Assembly: GCA_016919625.1 (NCBI GenBank)
Contig: JACXTP010000121.1
Span: 1 to 32,170 of the forward strand
Reading direction: 5' to 3'
From: Methanomassiliicoccaceae archaeon
Lineage (GTDB): Archaea; Thermoplasmatota; Thermoplasmata; Methanomassiliicoccales; UBA472
Length of the DNA stretch: 32,170 nt
Shown here: one piece after another, positions 18,256-23,370 of the stretch
How positions within the stretch are numbered: the stretch's first letter is position 1
Layout: every line of letters begins with the position of its first letter
Notes under the pieces: model-generated
What the model was told of the DNA's origin: nothing
What the model saw: the letters and a program-made list of their open reading frames with translations, nothing else
Databases searched by the model: none
Made by a program: the position numbers and the translations under genes

Positions 18256-18951
18256 ATGGCTGAGAAGGTAGCAGCCCCGGTCAAGGCCGCCCCCTCAAAG
18301 GGCGCCACCACTCCCTCCGCTCCCCCGATGAACTGGAGCAATTTCCTCACCATCTTCATCTTCGGTATCGCACTGATAGTCTTGTTCGATCAGGGTACAA
18401 GGGAAGCGTTAGGGACGGCTGTCGGCTATGCGCTTATGCCGCTCATCGGTTTCAATAACCAGTGGCCCATCCTCACGCTGCTAATATGTGGTCTGATCAT
18501 GACCAGCCTCACCATACTGGTGCGGCACTTCTTCACCGATTATGTCAAGCAGGCGGAGAACCAGAAGATCGTTGGTGCCTTCAACAAGGAGCTGCGCGAC
18601 GCGCGCAAGAACAATAACACCTTCAAGATGAAGAAGCTCCTGGAGATGCAACCTCAGATCATGACAAAGTCCCTGGACCAGACCAAGACCCAGTTCAAGC
18701 TGCTCCCTGCGACCATGCTCGTGGTCATCCCTATATTCGCCTGGCTGTCGGTGTTCGTCAACGACCTTCCATCCACCGTGTTCTCCACGCCCTGGAACTT
18801 CAACGCCGAGCTGACCGCCGTCTACATCTTCCCTGTGTGGATATTCGTCTACACCACTGTGACCATCCCGTTCGGCCAGATATTGGCCCGCATGTTGCGT
18901 TACTACTCGTTCAAGAAGCGCTTGGACAAGCTGGCGGCGCCGGTGGTATGA
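18256..18951 (+). CDS. DUF106 / EMC3-TMCO1-like membrane protein (archaeal YidC/Oxa1-superfamily insertase candidate)
   Basis: 231-aa ORF. It has three hydrophobic segments with a basic coiled-coil loop (QKIVGAFNKELRDARKNNNTFKMKKLLEMQPQIM) between TM1 and TM2, and the typical location after secY. Confidence 0.75.
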   Translation: MAEKVAAPVKAAPSKGATTPSAPPMNWSNFLTIFIFGIALIVLFDQGTREALGTAVGYALMPLIGFNNQWPILTLLICGLIMTSLTILVRHFFTDYVKQAENQKIVGAFNKELRDARKNNNTFKMKKLLEMQPQIMTKSLDQTKTQFKLLPATMLVVIPIFAWLSVFVNDLPSTVFSTPWNFNAELTAVYIFPVWIFVYTTVTIPFGQILARMLRYYSFKKRLDKLAAPVV

Positions 18952-19475
18952 GGATCACCATCAGCGGACCCATCGGGTCCGGCAAGACCACGGTGTGCAA
19001 TCTCCTGTCCGAGCGGACGGGCATGCCTTACGTGGTCTCGGGTCAAATATTCAGGCAGATGGCGAAGGAGCGCGGCCTCAGCTTGGCCGACTTCGGTCGT
19101 TTGGCAGAGAAAGAGCCTCGCTTCGACATCGAGCTCGATCAACGCATGGTCCGTTTGGCCGAGGAGAAGGAGGACATAATTCTAGAGGGCCGCCTGGTGG
19201 CGCAGATGCTCACCCGGCACCACATTGCTGCCCTGCGCGTGTATCTGGACGCCTCGCTCGATGTTCGGGTGGACCGAGTGGTCGAACGTGAGGGAAAGGA
19301 CAGGGAGCAGGCCCGCACCGAGCTCATGGAAAGGGAGATGTCTGAGACCACTCGCTATCGGCGCTACTACGGCATCGATATTAGGGACCGAGGCGTATAC
19401 GACCTCATCATCGACACCGGCGAGCTCCGTCCCGAGGAGATCGTGGACAGGATAGTTGCCGCTGCGGGGCTGTGA
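18948..19475 (+). CDS. cmk: Cytidylate (CMP) kinase, archaeal type
   Basis: The track ORF (18837) starts inside the previous gene. The ATG at 18948 overlaps its stop (ATGA) and gives MRITISGPIGSGKTTVCNLL (P-loop). Confidence 0.88.
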   Translation: MRITISGPIGSGKTTVCNLLSERTGMPYVVSGQIFRQMAKERGLSLADFGRLAEKEPRFDIELDQRMVRLAEEKEDIILEGRLVAQMLTRHHIAALRVYLDASLDVRVDRVVEREGKDREQARTELMEREMSETTRYRRYYGIDIRDRGVYDLIIDTGELRPEEIVDRIVAAAGL

Positions 19476-19476
19476 G

Positions 19477-20448
19477 ATGCCAATGCTCATCAGGGATAAG
19501 GCCCCCCGGACCTCCGGGAGGGGAAAGGCACCGGAGGAACGCTCCATCGAAGAGCTGCTCCAGGCTGGTGTATTGGTCCTGGACAAGATGCAGGGGCCGA
19601 CGTCGCATCAGGCCACCGCTTGGGTGCGGGATGTCCTGAAGGTGGACCGGATCGGTCACGGCGGCACCCTCGACCCGAACGTGAGCGGCGTACTGCCTAT
19701 CGCGCTCGGCCGCGCCACCCGACTGACGGACCTGGTGCTCCGTTCCGACAAGCAATACGTCTGTCATATGAAGCTGCACCGCGACCGTCCCGAGGCCAAG
19801 GTGCGCGAGGTCTTAGGCACGTTCGTGGGCGACATCTATCAAGTGCCACCGGTGCGTGCCGCCGTGAAGAGGCAGATGCGTGTCCGTAGGGTCCGCTCCA
19901 TTGATATCCTTGAGATGGGGGGGCGAGAAGTGCTCTTCCGTGTCGATTGCGACGCTGGGACCTACATCCGTACCCTCTGTGTCGACGTCGGCGAGGCTTT
20001 GGGCGTGGGGGCCAACATGGCAGCTCTGCGCCGTACCCGCTCCGGCTCCATGGTGGAGGACCAGGCGATCACATTGCAAGACCTCACCGACGCGGTGGTG
20101 CGATGGAAGGAAGGTGACCCGACCTGGCTTCGCTCCATGCTCATTCCGATGGAAGTATTGCTGGAACCTCTTCCCCACATCATATTGAAGGACAGCGCCG
20201 TGGACGCGGTGTGCCACGGGGCGGACCTGGCCTGCCCCGGGGTGGTGGAGCTCGACGAAAGCATCGCCAAGGGAGCCACCGTGGCCATGATGACGCTCAA
20301 GGGGGAGGCGATCGGTCTGGGCATAGCGGCGGCAGCTGCGGTGGACTTATTGAAGGCCACCGATGGGCTGGCAGTACGCACCCAGCGGGTATTGATGCCC
20401 CCAGGGACCTATGCCAAGGGCTGGACCCTCAGGCAGAGGCCGGCCTGA
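19477..20448 (+). CDS. cbf5: tRNA/rRNA pseudouridine synthase Cbf5 (TruB family, H/ACA RNP catalytic subunit) with a C-terminal PUA domain
   Basis: ATG at 19477, one nt after the cmk stop. It has GPTSHQATAWVRDVLKVDRIGHGGTLDPNVSGVLPIALG (the catalytic Asp motif) and a PUA-like C-terminus. Confidence 0.92.
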   Translation: MPMLIRDKAPRTSGRGKAPEERSIEELLQAGVLVLDKMQGPTSHQATAWVRDVLKVDRIGHGGTLDPNVSGVLPIALGRATRLTDLVLRSDKQYVCHMKLHRDRPEAKVREVLGTFVGDIYQVPPVRAAVKRQMRVRRVRSIDILEMGGREVLFRVDCDAGTYIRTLCVDVGEALGVGANMAALRRTRSGSMVEDQAITLQDLTDAVVRWKEGDPTWLRSMLIPMEVLLEPLPHIILKDSAVDAVCHGADLACPGVVELDESIAKGATVAMMTLKGEAIGLGIAAAAAVDLLKATDGLAVRTQRVLMPPGTYAKGWTLRQRPA

Positions 20449-20866
20449 GATCGTTGTACGTTGCAGCTAGCGGGATGAAGGCCAGGACCAGAACTGCGAT
20501 GTTGACCAGCACGTTGATGGTCACGCCATGATACGCAGAGAACCCGGTGTCGATGGCGAACCAGGCCAGAACGCCGAACGCGATCGCCCGCCAGGACCAC
20601 GGCTCTTTTTTAGCAAAGGGCCCACGGACCACGAAGTACAGCACGATGCCCCATCCCACCATGGTCGCCCCCCAAACTCCGTACGCCCAGGCCTGGAAGT
20701 CCTTCTCCGCCTCGGTAAGGCCATCTTCGAAGAAGGCGTCGTCGATAGGGCCAGAGAGCGCAGAGAAAACATCCATGCCGATGAGGAATGCCATGAACAG
20801 GCCGAGGGCGATGACGAGTACGCATACCCCTTTCAGCCACCTTTGCCAGAATTGGAATGAGGGCAT
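20429..20866 (-). CDS. Hypothetical integral membrane protein (about 4 TM segments)
   Basis: 145-aa ORF with clear hydrophobic helices (VCVLVIALGLFMAFLIGM, WGATMVGWGIVLYFVV, AIAFGVLAWFAI, INVLVNIAVLVLAFIPLA). It lies 37 nt downstream of the MBL gene on the same strand and overlaps the cbf5 3' end by 20 nt (convergent). Confidence 0.65.
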   Translation of the reverse strand: MPSFQFWQRWLKGVCVLVIALGLFMAFLIGMDVFSALSGPIDDAFFEDGLTEAEKDFQAWAYGVWGATMVGWGIVLYFVVRGPFAKKEPWSWRAIAFGVLAWFAIDTGFSAYHGVTINVLVNIAVLVLAFIPLAATYNDLRPASA

Positions 20867-20903
20867 GGTTGATGGAGCACGTTCCCTGCTTAAGAGAATT
20901 TTC

Positions 20904-21947
20904 TCAATAGTTCAGGAGGCATTGCTGCCCAGCGCTGGGGACCGGACAGGCATCGATGCCCAGCTTCTGGCGTATCTCCCCTGCCAGTTCCGAGGCGTAC
21001 CCATGCCCCACATACACCATTCGGGGCGAGCATGCCTTCACAAAGGCCAACAGCTCGTCGTGGTCCGCATGGTCAGAGATGGCGAACTGCTCGTCCACAT
21101 ATCCCCGCTTGTTCCCGTTCGCCGCCCAGCCGCTCACGCTCGCCTTGCGGAATCGTCGCCCCTTACGGTTCGCCGACATGATCTCCTGCGTCATGCTCTG
21201 ACCATGGGCGCCGATGAGCACTCCCGGCGTGCTGACGTCCCCTGGCTCGTGCTCCTTGATCTCCAGGTCCAGACCGCAACGTTGCAGCAGCCGGCTGCTC
21301 TCGGAGATGGTCCCATGCACCCGGGGCTCAAGGTCGCGCAGGGCATGGATCAGCTCGTGCGTCTTGCCCAGGTTTGAAGAGGTGAAGAGAGCGACGGAGA
21401 ATCCCTGGGACAGCGAATCCTCGATCCAGTCCGTCATGACCTTGAAGATGCGCTCGGTGGGAGGGAAGACGTACTGGGGCTTGCCGAAGGTGGCCTCGGT
21501 CAGCAGCACGTCCACCTTGACCGGGCGAGCGCCCTGGATGCGGAACCGGTCCCTCGGGGAGAAGTCACCGGTGTAAAGCACCCTCTGCCCCTCGACGTCC
21601 ATCTCGAACATCACCGATCCGGTCACATGGCCAGCGTCGTGTAGTCGCACCTTGTCACAATGCTCTGCTTCGATGGCCCGGCCCTTGATCTCGGAGATGA
21701 AGCGCCTAGTGAACTCGGATGACACGATCCGATTAGGCCCCTTGCGCTCGAAGGTGCTGGGGATGTGGTCGGAATGGGCGTGGGAGGTGCAACAGACCGT
21801 CCCCTGCGGGACCTTCTTGGTGGATAGGCTGCGCGGGTCGAGATGGAAGCTGATGCCAGCGCCGCTCACCTCGATGCCGTTGCCGCACCTGACGCTGAGC
21901 GCACCCCCTTCCATGTCCGAACCTATACGAGGGCGAATATAGAACAT
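20904..21947 (-). CDS. Short metallo-beta-lactamase-fold / beta-CASP nuclease with no KH or other N-terminal RNA-binding domains
   Basis: 347-aa ORF with the motifs SHAHSDH (HxHxDH), DAGHVTGS, YTGDFS, LLTEATFG, ISDHADHDELLAFV and VYVGHGY. The C-terminal ASGW...ISDHADxxEL...HG layout resembles bacterial ligase-associated DNA-damage-response exonucleases. M12 (21914) is an alternative start. Confidence 0.75.
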   Translation of the reverse strand: MFYIRPRIGSDMEGGALSVRCGNGIEVSGAGISFHLDPRSLSTKKVPQGTVCCTSHAHSDHIPSTFERKGPNRIVSSEFTRRFISEIKGRAIEAEHCDKVRLHDAGHVTGSVMFEMDVEGQRVLYTGDFSPRDRFRIQGARPVKVDVLLTEATFGKPQYVFPPTERIFKVMTDWIEDSLSQGFSVALFTSSNLGKTHELIHALRDLEPRVHGTISESSRLLQRCGLDLEIKEHEPGDVSTPGVLIGAHGQSMTQEIMSANRKGRRFRKASVSGWAANGNKRGYVDEQFAISDHADHDELLAFVKACSPRMVYVGHGYASELAGEIRQKLGIDACPVPSAGQQCLLNY

Positions 21948-22012
21948 TTATCCTGGCATCATCGCAACTTTTAGATGCTGGCTCACTTTCGGGAAACCCC
22001 CACCTACACCCC

Positions 22013-22020
22013 TTTATACC
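22013..22020 (+). promoter_or_regulatory. TATA-like box TTTATACC upstream of the RadB-like gene
   Basis: It lies ~31 nt before the ATG at 22051. The same 8-mer recurs at 23070-23077 before the 92-aa ORF. Confidence 0.4.
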
Positions 22021-22050
22021 CTCAAGACAAGGCATATCCGGTGAGGGCCG

Positions 22051-22782
22051 ATGGAATACACATACCTAGAGACGGAGGAGCACTCCCGCATCGGACTGGG
22101 CGCCAGTGCCGCCCGGTACCGGTCCCTGGTCACGTCCATACCGCCAGTGGACGCATTGCTGCGCGGATTGGAGCCGGGGACAATCACGTTCATCGATAGC
22201 TCCGACCGGCTGGTCTTCGAGCTGGTCAACCTGTTCTGCTTCAACGCGGTGAACGAGCTGCACGAGGAGGTGCTGTGGATCGACGGAGGGAACTCGGTGA
22301 ACCCGTACGAGCTGAGCGCCATCTGCAAACGCTACCGCGTGCCGCCGGAGGAGGTGCTGCACAACATCACGGTGTCGCGGGCGTTCACCGCCTACCAGAT
22401 GTCCACCCTCATCGAGGACATGCTGGACCCCGAGGTGGACCGCATCCGCACCGGCCTGGTGGTAGTATCCTGCTTCCCTGACCTTTTCCAGGACGCGGAC
22501 ATGAACTGGACCGAGTCGCTGCAGCTGATGCGCCGCGCCATGGAGAAGCTGCGCGCCCTGACCGAGGAGCGGTCGCTCATCACCATCATCACCAACTATG
22601 GCCAGGCCAAGCCCATGTCCCGCAAAGGCCTGCGCTCCCTTTTGTATGACAGTGCGGACCGCGTGGTCCGCATCGACGGCAAGGGGGTGTCGGTACGCAT
22701 CACCCTGCCCAAGGAGGGGGAGGGCATGCTCTACCGGCCAGTGGTGCGCAACCAGACCACCCTGGACGAGTTCCGGGCATGA
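22051..22782 (+). CDS. RadB/RadA-core (RecA-superfamily) paralog lacking Walker A and Walker B motifs
   Basis: 243-aa ORF preceded by ggtgaggg. It is collinear by eye with RadB: IPPVDALLRGLEPGTITFI (compare LD.LLGGGI..G.ITEI), LWIDGGNSVNPYEL (compare VYIDTEGTFRPERL), EVLHNITVSRAFTAYQ (compare EVLDNI.VARAYN..HQ), GLVVVSCFPDLF (compare LIVVDSLTALYR) and SLITIITNYG (compare .VVVTNQV). Where GxxGxGKT should sit it reads DSSDRLVFE, and no GK[ST] occurs anywhere in the protein. Confidence 0.7.
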   Translation: MEYTYLETEEHSRIGLGASAARYRSLVTSIPPVDALLRGLEPGTITFIDSSDRLVFELVNLFCFNAVNELHEEVLWIDGGNSVNPYELSAICKRYRVPPEEVLHNITVSRAFTAYQMSTLIEDMLDPEVDRIRTGLVVVSCFPDLFQDADMNWTESLQLMRRAMEKLRALTEERSLITIITNYGQAKPMSRKGLRSLLYDSADRVVRIDGKGVSVRITLPKEGEGMLYRPVVRNQTTLDEFRA

Positions 22783-22829
22783 TGGTGGGCCTTGCTTCCC
22801 CCCATTAGGTAGAGTCTAGGCATTGCCAT

Positions 22830-22878
22830 CGTTCTGTTGTGGAACGTTATTATTCATAAATTGTTCTGTCATAGAACG
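22830..22878. repeat. Two copies of a palindromic motif GTTCTGT-N4-GAACG with centres 32 bp apart
   Basis: cGTTCtgttgtgGAACg occupies 22830-22846 and tGTTCtgtcataGAACg occupies 22862-22878. AT-rich sequence (ttattattcataaatt) lies between them. Confidence 0.6.
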
Positions 22879-23068
22879 ATTTTAGACCGTTTTCATTTTT
22901 TGATCGTCATATGTTTACACCCTGGGTGCAAAGGTCCGACAATTTTTTTAAAAAGGGTTCCGGGTCACAGTCCCTTGGGACCCTCAGAACAATATGTGGT
23001 CTCGGCTGAGCCCACACCGTCCTCTTTCGATAGGTGACCTCACTTTCGGCCGACCCTCCCGGTTCGGG

Positions 23069-23077
23069 TTTTATACC
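23069..23077 (+). promoter_or_regulatory. TATA-like box (ttTTTATACC) upstream of the 92-aa ORF / polymerase pair
   Basis: The box lies 15-23 nt before the ATG at 23092 and ~30-38 nt before the ATG at 23107. This would fit a leaderless or very short-leader mRNA. Confidence 0.4.
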
Positions 23078-23091
23078 GTCCTACAGGTCGA

Positions 23092-23370
23092 ATGAACGGT
23101 GAGAGAATGGGACGGACCGTACCCACCTATCGCATGACGGCGGAGATGATGATCGACAGCTGGAAGGACTACCGACGGGCGCTGCCCCAGGAGGACCGTG
23201 AGGTCTTCGACCGTATGGTGAACCGCATACGCATGCACGCCTCCGCCTCCACCTACGCCATATTCAACGACCCCTTTGAAGGGGCGGTCCTCTCCATGCT
23301 CCTGGAGCAGGAGAAGGAGCTCGACAAGCTGAGACGGGAGGCGGCCGGCCATGCGGGGCTGGATCGTTGA
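23092..23370 (+). CDS. Hypothetical 92-aa protein (predicted helical); its 3' end overlaps the polymerase start by 20 nt
   Basis: Track ORF. An alternative start at 23107 is preceded by ggtgag, the SD-like motif used elsewhere in the window. I recognised no family by eye. Confidence 0.55.
   Translation: MNGERMGRTVPTYRMTAEMMIDSWKDYRRALPQEDREVFDRMVNRIRMHASASTYAIFNDPFEGAVLSMLLEQEKELDKLRREAAGHAGLDR

Noticed and set aside
20547-21377. 276-aa plus-strand ORF spanning the membrane-protein and MBL genes
   Set aside because: It is antisense to two ORFs with real features (TM helices; HxHxDH and beta-CASP motifs). It has no recognisable domain.
22837-23037. 66-aa ORF (TTG start) in the spacer upstream of the 92-aa ORF
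   Set aside because: It has a non-ATG start and no SD-like site, runs through T-tracts and palindromes, and has odd composition. The region is better explained as regulatory or RNA sequence.
22783-23091. Possibility that the AT-rich spacer (tttttttaaaaa plus repeated GTTC/GAAC elements) is a replication origin
   Set aside because: There is no adjacent orc1/cdc6 gene. The repeats do not resemble ORB/mini-ORB elements as I know them. There are only two or three copies, and the AT-rich tract is short. Operator or RNA explanations are more economical.
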